Source: Eledone cirrhosa
Lineage: Eukaryota
DNA: 64,000 nt
Direction of reading: 5' to 3'
Assembly: GCA_964016885.1 (NCBI GenBank)
Contig: OZ024740.1
Coordinates: forward strand, 241,056,001-241,120,000
Numbering within the stretch: the stretch's first letter is position 1; each line of letters begins with the position of its first letter. The notes beneath the pieces were generated by a model. That model was not told the origin of the DNA. It saw only the letters and a program-made list of their open reading frames with translations, and did no database searches. The position numbers and the translations under genes were made by a program. Of this stretch, positions 53,370 through 64,000 are shown in pieces.

Positions 53370-53409
53370 AACTTTACCGGTTTCACAAGTTTCATGATTT
53401 TCAAAAGTC
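53370..53409 (-). ncRNA. Hammerhead, U3-A8 core variant (decayed inverted copy at 53513-53552)
   Basis: gacuu UUGAAAA ucaugaaacuugu GAAA CCGG UA aaguu. Confidence 0.6.
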
Positions 53410-53657
53410 AAGAGAGATGGAGAAATGTGTGGCTATGCCGACTTGATGTTGGGAATTTCTTTCAGTTTTATACAAAAAAATGTGGTTCAGATTGCTATTC
53501 TCCATCTCTCTGGACCTTTGAAAATCATGAAACTTGTGAAACAGGTAAAGCTATAAATTATTGTAAATAAACCTTCTTAAAGACACCCAATTGCATTTCC
53601 AAATACTTTTTCCTATATTTTTACCCGCGTGGGACATATTAAAAGTACCTTACTTTC

Positions 53658-53702
<45 letters not shown>

Positions 53703-53744
53703 ATGATATTAAATAAATGGAAACTATATTTATAAAACAATATT

Positions 53745-53806
53745 TATTCTATTATATATATTTCAAGAATACCAAAAATTTTGGTACGCTTTCATCAGAT
53801 AAAATA
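53745..53806 (-). ncRNA. Hammerhead (family C) in the inverted arm
   Basis: Same motif as 21766-21827 with a few stem II changes. Confidence 0.78.
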
Positions 53807-53953
53807 CAAAGTGTATTTTATAAATTTTGAGGAAACATACCTTATCAGTTGAATTTTCCGTTGGGTAGTTGAATTTTCCTTGACTACCCAAGGAAAATTC
53901 AACTGATAAGGTATGTTTCCTTGGGTATGTCAAAATTTATAAAACACACTTTG

Positions 53954-54015
53954 TATTTTATCTGATGAAAGCGTACCAAAGTTTTTGGTACCCTTGAAAT
54001 ATATATAATAGAATA
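53954..54015 (+). ncRNA. Type I hammerhead ribozyme (family C)
   Basis: uauuuuau CUGAUGA aagcguaccaaaguuuuugguacccuu GAAA UAUAUA UA auagaaua. Confidence 0.88.
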
Positions 54016-54149
54016 AATATGGTTTTATAAATATAGTTTTCATTTATTTAATATCATTGAATATTTACTCCAGAAAACTGTCGAGTGCTCTGAATCAGTT
54101 ATAAACATTTATATTTGTTGAATATCCAACAAATTAAATATCCCTTCTA

Positions 54150-54184
<35 letters not shown>

Positions 54185-54186
<2 letters not shown>

Positions 54187-54380
54187 CGAAGGAAATGTGG
54201 TAAGGAACCGGGTGGACCATAACGCACCAAAGTACTCAATACTTAGAGTAGTAGAGTGGGTAATAGGAACGAGTAAGATCCCGACGGCTGAGCTCAAGCC
54301 GTTTCGACGGCTAATTCTGGACTGAGTCCAGAATTAGCCGTCGAAACGGCTTGAGCTCAGCCGTTGGGGTCCTACTCGTT

Positions 54381-54385
<5 letters not shown>
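54185..54385. mobile_element. Foldback made of the 3' terminus of the 32081 Penelope family
   Basis: 54185-54323 matches 32081-32220; 54326-54385 is its inverted copy; (TA)n on both sides. Confidence 0.85.
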
Positions 54386-54441
<56 letters not shown>

Positions 54442-54469
54442 TTTTTTATTTTATATATATATACAAAAA

Positions 54470-54509
<40 letters not shown>

Positions 54510-55023
54510 AAAAAAAAAAATACGGTGATGAAAAAGCGAAGACAGTTTCAATATTATAATTTTATTTGTTCAGTTTTGTCTAACAACAAACACGTTGCAA
54601 TTAACCAGAAGTTTGTTTATTGTTTTACAACTTTAAATCTTTGTTTCTTTCTAATTATCTGGAATATTCAAGAAGCCTGACCAGAGCATAATATAGCACA
54701 GAAGAAGACGTTTGCTTTGTAAATTACAAATCTAATCAACGCCACCAGTACAACTATTATTTAGCATTAGTATTTTAAAAATAAAATCATAGACACAGAA
54801 TACTCTCATTAATTGTTTCGCTAAGCACAGAATTTAGTTTTGTTTGTCAATAAAATAGAGTTCTTTTATAAGTGATATTTGTTTTAATTTTACAATTGAA
54901 TCAAATGTGCAAGATAAGAATTTGGTCATTTGCTGACATCATTCCTTTTCTTTCCCATGCATTTTACTTTTGAAATTTTAACTTGGAACTTTAACTTCTT
55001 TTTGCTAGAAGAATATTTTACGA

Positions 55024-55116
<93 letters not shown>

Positions 55117-55370
55117 AGTCAAGGGTTGTGGAAAAAGTTACTGAGGCAGAGATGCTGATGCTCAATATTGAATCTATTAATAATTATTAGTAATTCTAAC
55201 ACGTGTTTTGATGCTGTATAAAATCTAAGTCCTATGAAATATTTGGAGAGATATGATTACCATATTCCCTGGCAGTATGAAGTAATCGATTGTGTAACAA
55301 TTCAGATTTCATAGGCCTAAGATATTATACTGCATCGAAACACGTGTTAGATTACTAATCATTATTAATA

Positions 55371-55563
55371 AAGGGCGGTGGATTGGCAGTATCGGTAGAT
55401 GGTCGGACGCCATGCTTTCCAGCATAGTTACTCCCTTTACGATCTGAGTTCAAATCCCGCCGAGGTTGACTTTGCCTTTCATCCTTACGGGGTCGATAAA
55501 ATAAAGTACCAGTAATGCACTGGGTAATTGCTGGCCTTGTGCCTAAAGTAGAAACAATTATTA
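55371..55563 (+). mobile_element. tRNA-derived SINE inserted into a foldback arm
   Basis: Matches 2347-2543; interrupts the inverted repeat 55120-55240 / 55305-55370 + 55600-55650. Confidence 0.88.
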
Positions 55564-55857
55564 ATAAATGAAATATTGAAATAAATATGAAATAAATGAA
55601 ATATTGAACATCAACATCTCTGTCTCATCGATTTTTCTACAACCCTTAGCCATTTTAACTCTGTGAAATGCATATAAAGGATTATTTATACCAGTTACCA
55701 GACCATTGAATGAACCGACTAGTTGGGATAATCTCGTCTATCAAACACGTCGAACACATTACAACTGGTAAGTTGCCTCGCATATTTTTTTTACATACAC
55801 ATTCACCCATATAAACTGGGCGATAACCACAAAACGTAGATCCTCAGCATAAAACCA

Positions 55858-55902
<45 letters not shown>

Positions 55903-55973
55903 AGGTGTTATATGTGTATTTGTACACAATATATTCAAAATATATATACTCATTTATTATGGATGTGTGTAAA

Positions 55974-56026
55974 GTCTTATCTGATGATTCTGTGAATGTG
56001 CAGGTAAAACTCCAGAGTAACAAGGC
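55974..56026 (+). ncRNA. Degenerate hammerhead (GAAA mutated to AAAA)
   Basis: gucuuau CUGAUGA u-ucugu-gaaugu-gcagg-u AAAA CUC-ca-GAG UA acaaggc. Confidence 0.5.
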
Positions 56027-56778
56027 TCACAAAATAGCTCTAATAAATGAATATTTAGACTCTACTTCAGTATGAGTACTCATTCTCACGTTCATATATA
56101 TATATAATTGGTGTCGGTTGCTTAAAGCGTCCGTTTGCGGTAGGCCGTTTGAGCACTCGATGCTCTCATAGAGCAGAGTATGATATCACAGAAAAAAGAG
56201 AATCAGTGTTGCGACGAATGGAATTTATTGGACATATTACAATCTGGTCGCCAGAGAAACGATTGTAATATGTCCAATAAATTCCATTAGTCGCAACACT
56301 GATTCTCTTTTTTCTGTGAGATATATGCATGTATGTATTAATAAAGAGAAGCATATAATAATAGCTAGAATACTTTAATGCTTTTATCTTCATATTTACT
56401 GTTAGAATTCATTTTCAAATATATCCTCGAAACAAACAGTTATTTAAAGGAATAGCTCACGTCAACAAATTATGATAAATTAGCTGTATGATAAATGCAA
56501 AGGAAACATATTGAAAAGATGCAAGCAAATAAATGAGCTGAGCCTGAACTAATGCAGGAGCCTTTATGCTGTCGTTCAGCCTAATAAAAGCAGCAGCTAC
56601 ATTTCCCTCAAATTAAACTATTACAATCTTAGAAATAGAACAAATCATATAATGATAGAGAACAGTATATCTGAATAAAAGATTGCATGGTCACGGCCGG
56701 AATACTTTTGGCCTACCGACGCAGATCTAATATCTATCGAAGGAAACGAAATAACAAAATAATGTTTGAAAAAAAAAT

Positions 56779-59320
56779 TCTTTATTAGTCGTACAGGGCT
56801 CACATTTAAATAAATAAACATTTAAAAAATGAAACAACAAATTCCCCCAAAGTGGGGAAACCGGGGGCCACCCGCGGAGAAAGCCCACAAAAGGCTACAG
56901 TCACCCTGACCACTAGGGCATGTCCCCCTTCACAGTTGTCCTCTTTCAATCTACATGTGTATACTCAAGGAAGGCCTATTCACTCAGACTATGCTTGCCA
57001 CTCTCACCCATCTGTTAACAAATTGCTGGGAAGGGAGCACTTCCCTCTCTACCTTCATTTTCCTTTCAAGTAAAACCCGAAAAAGTTAATCAGGGCTTAG
57101 CCAGAGCGGAAAGTGTTTGCCTCAACAGTTTCAAACACGCCACAACACGACCTCTTTCGACATGGCCACCAGGCAGATAAAAAACGCATGTCCTTCCCAG
57201 CTAAAGGAAGATGGTGGTGTGATCTTTACGATGAACTAAGTTGATAGCCAGAGCCGTCACACACGCGACAGCACCTGTTCGACATAAACATACAAGTTCG
57301 CAATCCTCGGACACTGGGCGAGTACGTGCAGGACGGTTTCGTCGCCCTGCGCGCATCTCGGACAGGTCCGGCTGACGCTACTTCCATGTCTGTAGAATTT
57401 AACTCGAACTGGCAAAGCTCCTCAGTAGAACTACCAGGCTAGGGATTTCTGGAAGTTATCAATGGGCCCTGGAACGAGAGTCCTCCGGAAAAGTGTGACT
57501 AGTTGATTTTCATCGATGCTCAGAGTCTCCTCAAGAACGCCGTCGTTTGTTAGTGCCACAAACCCTCTAAAGAACGCCAAGGTTGAGTTTCCACAGATCG
57601 TACTGCCCGATTGGCCGAGGGCTGTGAACGCTTGAAGACATTCCATGCATGTTTGTGCATCATCAGCCACCGCATGTCCAATCCTCCATGCAGTGGGTGT
57701 TGACAGCAAATGGACTGCTCCAGTGCTGTCAGATGTCGACCAGAACAAGGTATGACGGTCATGTGGTAGTAGATGATGACGCGTTCTACGTATTCGCTAA
57801 CTCTGATTAACCTTTCAAGGTTAGCTTGCCCTCAGCCCATTTCTGGATGAGACGGGCCACCCTGCTCCTTACCGCGTCCCAACTTTTGTCTATTTGGAGG
57901 TCTGGTTCAAAGCAGACCCGAGCAATATAACCAGTCCGTCTGCACAATGGCCGACGTATGGAAACGCCTATCCAGGTGCTGAGCTGCAGGCCCACCGACT
58001 AATCCTGGTTAATTTTTGCTTCTGTTACCGCTTCGTACTCCCTCAGAACAGTGCCAATAATCTTAATGTGTTTTGTGTTCGAGACCACTACGGTAACGTC
58101 GTCGGTACATACTGATACGTATCTCCCACCTCCTAGTTCGCGCGGGACGCCCATCAACGTCTCCAATTTGTGTAGTAATGGCTCTACAGTCAAAACATAC
58201 AAAATGAACGAGCGGGGACAACCTTGGCGGACCGACCGCTTGATGTTGAACGCTTCCAAAAGGAGACCGTTCAATCTAACCACAGAGCAGATGTCGATGT
58301 GCATTACAGCGATACAGCCCCTGAAAACAAGTTCGAAGTTGGCTGCTTTGAGGACTGCTGCGAAGTAGCGATGGTTGACTCTATTGAATGCTTTTGATTG
58401 ATCTAATTCGATTAGGCCCCCATCAGTGCCAAATTCGTTAACCACCCTCTTTATGATGTACCGCATGAGGTGGAGGTTGTCGTGGATGGATCTGCCCGGA
58501 AGGACAAATATCTGCGCCTCACATACCAAACCACCGATGAGAAGCGCCAACCTCTTCGTTAACACCTGGTCAAAATCTTTAACTCTGCGTTTAGCAGAGC
58601 CTTTGGCTTAAAATTATCTATATGGTCCCCCTTATTCGGTTTCTTTTTCCAGCAGTGCTACGCTCCACGACTCACAGAATTGGGAATTCTCTCGTTCTGC
58701 TGCCAGTTGTCGTAGACGTCCACTAAGATGTCACCAATTAAGTTTAGCATGTTTGTGTAAAGATCGTAGGTCAGACCATCCAAACCAGATAGTTTTCCCC
58801 TCGTGCAACTAGACATTGCATTCCATATTTAACGACTGTTATCTGCTTTTCGTAACACTCTGCCTCTTTTACAGAGTGCTGCGACAGGCCATCGAGGTAG
58901 GCTTTGAAGTCCATCCCTCGATCCGACCCGGCATCGCTTTCATACAATTGAGCGAAGTGTCGCTGAAAACCCGCACACATCTGCTTAGGATCAAGTACCA
59001 TGCACCCGTCATGGTACACCAAAGACTGCATTCTAGCTTTGTTGCCACACCTCGCCGATTCTATTCGGGCCCATAGAACTGCTTTCATCCCCTCCTGTCT
59101 AAGGGCACGCGTCCTAGCTCTGACAACAGCCTGGGTGCTTAGCCTTGAAAAATTATTCCAGGGCCAATCTCACTGCAAGCACATCAACTGTGATGCCTTT
59201 ACTAATTGCCTCTTCTAGTTTTCTAACTAGCTTTCTTTCTACTATAGTTTTCCTTATAGCTTTACTAAACTTTATCGATTCTACTCAAATAGCCCGTTTA
59301 ACAAATTCACAAATCCGGTC
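56779..59320 (-). mobile_element. L1/Tx1 3' part (RT, C-terminal Cys/His region, 3' UTR), decayed
   Basis: GRSIHDNL, LDQSKAFNRVNH, SVRQGCP, CTDDVT, CCQHPLHGGL, CPRC..ETVLHV..C; AATAAA near 56785. Confidence 0.9.
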
Positions 59321-60753
59321 TTTGAAGCAAAAAGATAGATAGAGAGATAGATAGAGAGATAGAGTGGGAGGGGATGATCGGCTATGGAAGAAGTGCGGTA
59401 GGAATAGGAAAAGGAGCAAGAAAATCTGAGTGGATGGGTGATGAATAGTAAATGTAGAAACGGAGAATTAAAAACAAGAACCTAACCGAAAATAATATTG
59501 GGAAAATAAAAATATAACCTTTCAATTTGACGTATAGCTTCCATAAAAAAAACATCCTCGCTGAGTTACATCCCTGATAGATAACACTGGTCCACAAAAT
59601 TTTGCTTTTTTTCTGAAACCTGTTCTTGAGTAATTTGGGGCCGCTGAGTTTAAAACTAACAACACTTTCTTTTCTATGTATGGGCTGATCGATTTCTAAG
59701 TTTTCTATGTATGGGCTGATCCATATTGGCCCTATCCATAGCTACAAAAGAAAGAACACTGATCCACAATATTTTGCTTTTTTTTCTGCTGACCAAAGTT
59801 TGAAACCTGTTCTTGAGTAATTTGGGGGCCCCTCAGTTTAAAACTGACAACAGTTTTTTTTCTAGCAGGTCAAGTTTTTTTTATGTATGGGCGGGTCCAT
59901 ATTGACCCCACCCATAACTACAAGAGATATCATAGGTAATAATTTATGATGATATATTATTTTATCTATGTTTTTAGACGTATTTTTATCTCTCTAGATA
60001 CACCTAAGTATATAAATATATTATATCTAATAATTATTTACCATCTTTTCAGATTGATTTTAAGAAATAACACAGGTATTCAGTAACATGGCTTAATTAT
60101 GAAGAAAATGTTTGCATTCCCCTGACTCCTTTTGCTATACATGCAGTAGTTTTACAGTACCAAATCAAATAATGAATATTAGTGAATTTGTGAAAACAGC
60201 ATACTTGTAGAGTGAATTATGGTCGACTTCTTTAGGACCAACTGTCAATTTGAACTCACAAGCATTACACCTTATACAAAGGCAACGAAGCAATCGTTGA
60301 TTATACAGAAGTTGTATTGCTGACAGCTGTAAGCTGTGCCTACTCTATAGCTTGATGTCTTCGGTATAGACATTGCTCTGAGCCAGTGTGACAAGATATC
60401 AAACATTACTGTTTCGGTTAGTAGATATATAAACTCTGCTTATCTAGTCGTTGGTCATCGGCAGGGCAGCTCTGCATGAGAGAAATTAAATACAACAAAC
60501 CAAACATAGGGAATTAAATACAGGGTGTCGCATAAGCAAGGAAATATTTAATATTGAACTATAATTTAGAAATCTGACCTATTTATGTAGCATTTTGTAG
60601 TACCTAGCTGCCGGATGTTATAAACAGAGATTGAATGGTTGACGTCTGTACAAACTTAACTTCCCAAATATAATAACATGACAGTTAAAACGGGTCTAAG
60701 GCAATGGCATTGAACACCACAGGCGTTGGTCTTTGTGGGATTGTGAATGTATG

Positions 60754-60785
<32 letters not shown>

Positions 60786-60851
60786 TGTAGTAGTAGTAGT
60801 TGTAGTAGTAGAAGTAATGTCCGGGTGCATGTTTGTATGAAGCTTTATTTA

Positions 60852-61085
60852 TCAGAGATCTAAATACAGGACTTGTGTAGCAGTCACAGCTCCGCAGAGA
60901 CTTAAAACAGCTGCTGCTACCACCACAGCTGCAGTTGTTCCGCTTATATGGATTATGCTGCCCATACAGGACGATAATAGAAACTGCGCAACAAAAACCA
61001 TACTACTGATGAGTGCAACGTCAGTGCCCAAACCTCGAACCTGCTTGGAATTATCTGTGAGAGTCTTTTGGTCCGGTGCTGTGAA
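60852..61085 (-). CDS. SLC45: Terminal coding exon of an SLC45-family proton-associated sugar transporter (MFS)
   Basis: RGLGTDVALISSMVFVAQFLLSSCMGSIIH.SGTTAAVVVAAAVLSLCG..LYLDL-stop matches the last two TM helices of SLC45 proteins. Acceptor ..atattttccag lies immediately upstream (phase 0); the frame is intact. Earlier exons are probably beyond the window. Confidence 0.85.
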   Translation of the reverse strand, partial: FTAPDQKTLTDNSKQVRGLGTDVALISSMVFVAQFLLSSCMGSIIHISGTTAAVVVAAAVLSLCGAVTATQVLYLDL

Positions 61086-61228
61086 CTGGAAAATATTTGG
61101 AAAGCAATATATTAAAGCATTGAATGAAACATATATCAACATAAAGAAAGGGACAATAAATATATACATATACAAATCTCTATACAAATCTGGGCTGCAC
61201 GCACACTAATGACCATATATGCATTCAG

Positions 61229-61275
<47 letters not shown>

Positions 61276-61424
61276 AAAGGTGAGATTAGAAATAGCACTG
61301 AAAATATACTTAAGGATCTGTTTTTTTTCCCCTTTTCTTTGATTCGTCAAAGTTGCATTATTGAAAAAATGAGACGGACAATTCTTAAAAAAAAAAGACT
61401 TTTATAATGTATATAAAGTATATA

Positions 61425-61473
61425 AAGTATTACCGGTTTCGATGTATTAGTAAAATTCACCTTATCAAATGTT
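61425..61473 (-). ncRNA. Hammerhead-like, U3-A8 core, eroded stem I
   Basis: au UUGAUAA ggugaauu-uuacu-aauacauc GAAA CCGG UA au. Confidence 0.5.
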
Positions 61474-61621
61474 GACTATTACAATTAAAAAGATTTAATA
61501 AGGATTAAAAACTAAAAAATTAAAGATTTAAAATCAAGTGTTGAGGAAAGTTTTTGCATCTTCCTTGTTGAGAAGGAGACTGTAAAATGAACTCTTATAA
61601 ATATATGTATATATAATAACA

Positions 61622-61816
61622 CAAGGACAATTTGTTAAGCCTTCATTACGTTTATTGATTGGTGACATGCATTTCGCTATTGATCAGTTGAAGGTTCAAT
61701 CTGTATCGATCTAGTCCGACTCTGGAATCAAAAGCTCGGCGGACTTCTGCTGTAGTAATGACAAAATAGCGCGTCACCAATCAATAATCGTAATGAAGGC
61801 TTAACAAATCGTCCTT
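61622..61816. repeat. Imperfect foldback (~75-bp arms)
   Basis: AAGGACAATTTGTTAAGCCTTCATTACG..TGATTGGTGAC vs GTCACCAATCA..CGTAATGAAGGCTTAACAAATCGTCCTT. Confidence 0.85.
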
Positions 61817-61826
61817 AGATTATTAT

Positions 61827-62920
61827 ACCAGATAGAAAAATGCGTACAGCAAAAAAAAGTAATATTGTTGGAATATAAACCTTTAAAAATACAGGACAAG
61901 AAACTAAAATAAAACTTTAAAAGAATAGGACAAGAAACTAAGATAAAACTTTAAAAGAATAGGACAAGAAACTAAGATAAAACTTTAAAGAATTGGACAA
62001 GAAATAAAAAGTTTTACAATAATATTAGTGGCAAAATTTTTGTTGGTAAAAAATCGAGTTCCACATTCATAGGCTCTGGGTTCCACATTCAGAGGTCGTC
62101 GTCAGACCGGGGTGATGATTTGATCCTGGTTTGAACACCAATTGGGCCATAACCATACACCTATTTCATCATTCGGCGACACGCCTCATGTGTCATGCAT
62201 AATGTGAATGGACCCATGGGCCCATGAGCACAGATCTTGAGCAGCAGCGGACGGTCTTGTCGTCCCGCTCATCCTTGATCTTGACCAACCCGTCTATCTT
62301 CTCCTTGAATCTTGTCCTTGAGTTCAAGTCCGGCAGTCCAGATGAATGCGTGCCACAGCTTTCTGGTACAGGAAGGGGGAGCAGGAGGACTGGAGGGATG
62401 ACGGGACAGAGGGAGGGAGGACCGGTGGTTGAGGGAGGTGCTGTAGTCGGTGGTCAGAGTCGACATCTTGTCCCGGTCGTCTTCTCCATCTTCGTCTGGT
62501 GTTGTGGGACCAGAAGTGCATTCTTGGAGGAGACCTGCAGCTGCATCGGCCAATTCTTCTTGCAATGGTCATTCTGACGGAGCAGAACTGCTCAGCCAAC
62601 CAACCCCAACCAGAACCAACCGCTCAGGGGCAACGCACAATGAGAGCATGACAATTATTATGCACTACTCAAGAAGATACTGGGGCATAGCACAGGAAAA
62701 AAAAAAAAAATTTTGCCACTAATATTATTGTAAAACTTTTTATTTCTTGTCTAATTCTTTAAAGTTTTATCTTAGTTTCTTGTCCTATTCTTTTAAAGTT
62801 TTATCTTAGTTTCTTGTCCTATTCTTTTAAAGTTTTATTTTAGTTTCTTGTCCTGTATTTTTAAAGGTTTATATTCCAACAATATTACTTTCTTTTGCTG
62901 TACGCATTTTTCTATCTGGT
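61827..62920. mobile_element. Element with ~215-bp near-identical inverted repeats, each containing 31-bp tandem units, around a GC-rich ~650-bp core
   Basis: 61827-62043 is the reverse complement of ~62703-62920; unit AGGACAAGAAACTAAGATAAAACTTTAAAAGAAT x ~3.5; no TSD or transposase seen. Confidence 0.75.
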
Positions 62921-63193
62921 CTACTATTTTTTAAGGCAATGCAAGGAACAACTATCTAATAATTAAATGATCATAGTGAATTACTGACAAGTGATTGACA
63001 TTTTAAAGTTCTTTTGAGTATAATTGCAATCTAGTTGAGGCAACTGGCTTAATGACAAAGCTAGTAAATCATGAATGCATTTGAGATGATTAGTGCATAA
63101 TAGTGAATTGGTGAAACTTGTGCATTTCAATGGTGTTACAACAATAGATGTAAGTTATATAGTAGTAATACTTTATCATTTTACCTTTTTAGA

Positions 63194-63553
63194 ATGGACA
63201 AAAACCCATGTAAAGAAATGACTTTGACTGCAGTGATTCTCTCCAATTTACTTACAAAGCAAAACGTGGTCAAATACCTTAACATCTCTGATAAAATGCC
63301 CATTGAATCACTGAAAATCGGATGCATGGAATTCCTCATAAAATGCACCTATGAATCGGAAGCCATCACATATATCAATGGATATAGGGAGTTGTTCACA
63401 CTGGAAGACCATCACTTCATTTGTGACTTCATCAGTTATCTCCACGATTATCTCAGACACCCAATGCCATTGATGAGAGGTGATCCAATGTGTGAGCATG
63501 TAACTAATCTTATAGAAGTTGTTATCGATCACCTGGCTTTTAGTGACATTTGA
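63194..63553 (+). CDS. Orphan 119-aa ORF, unknown function
   Basis: Non-repetitive globular-looking composition; preceded by a pyrimidine tract and AG; convergent with the SGNH ORF. Confidence 0.35.
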   Translation: MDKNPCKEMTLTAVILSNLLTKQNVVKYLNISDKMPIESLKIGCMEFLIKCTYESEAITYINGYRELFTLEDHHFICDFISYLHDYLRHPMPLMRGDPMCEHVTNLIEVVIDHLAFSDI

Positions 63554-63733
63554 CTGATTTGACTGATAATGATGTATTTTTAAAAAGTATGTGTACATTC
63601 TTGTTACTATTTTAAGGCAATGCAAGCAACAACTATTTAATAAAATTTAAATTTAAAAATGACCATTGTGCATTACTAGTATGATGACATTTTATTAAGT
63701 CACAAAATTAGTCAGTCAGCCATAGAACAAGGA

Positions 63734-64000
63734 TCAGGTGGCAAAAACATTGGCAAAAATTTGTGTCAATTTAAGATTTCCAACATTGTTCAAATGAATC
63801 ATATCTGGTTTGAAGTCAGATTTGTCAAATTTTGACCAATTTTCAATGTTGTGAAGATTGGGCAAGTTCAATTTTTGAATCATTTCTTTCATGCAGTAAT
63901 TAAACTTTTCCAAACGAGAATTTCTCTTGCCCAAGTCATTTTTATTTTCAATTACACTTTGTGGACGTGGAATGACACCACTGTAGAAAATGGGTGTACA
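63734..64000 (-). CDS. SGNH/GDSL esterase-like domain, C-terminal part (open to the window end)
   Basis: CTPIFYSGVIPRP..RNSRLEKFN..IENWSKF..FKPDMIHLNNVGNLKL; block V DxxHxxxxG motif; probably carried by a mobile element. Confidence 0.7.
   Translation of the reverse strand, partial: CTPIFYSGVIPRPQSVIENKNDLGKRNSRLEKFNYCMKEMIQKLNLPNLHNIENWSKFDKSDFKPDMIHLNNVGNLKLTQIFANVFAT

Noticed and set aside
61086-61187. N-terminal extension of the 111-aa ORF as part of the SLC45 protein
   Set aside because: It lies upstream of the splice acceptor and is intronic read-through.
61890-62010. 31-bp repeats as a CRISPR array
   Set aside because: Contiguous tandem units with no unique spacers, eukaryotic context and no cas genes.

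Overview
Eukaryotic, AT-rich, microsatellite-dense DNA. The recurring ~200-bp tRNA-derived SINE and the (TA)n/(CA)n/(GA)n load suggest an octopus-type cephalopod genome, which is an inference. The only host-gene signal is the last coding exon of an SLC45-family transporter (60852-61085, minus strand). The rest is decayed mobile DNA: five Penelope-like (RT and/or GIY-YIG) copies, six RLE-type (R4/Dong-like) non-LTR copies, four L1/Tx1 pieces, two RTE pieces, a near-complete Helitron, many SINEs, and an unexplained long-TIR element next to an SGNH-esterase fragment. The main signal missed by the ORF track is a set of about 20 type-I hammerhead ribozyme (HHR) motifs from roughly ten sequence families, including several U3-A8 core variants. 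They sit in short elements inserted in (TA)n that share a Penelope-type architecture (partial tandem and/or an inverted copy of the 3' end). One family looks like a retrozyme with a ~430-470-nt monomer. All calls were made by eye, without searches or folding software; element boundaries are approximate.
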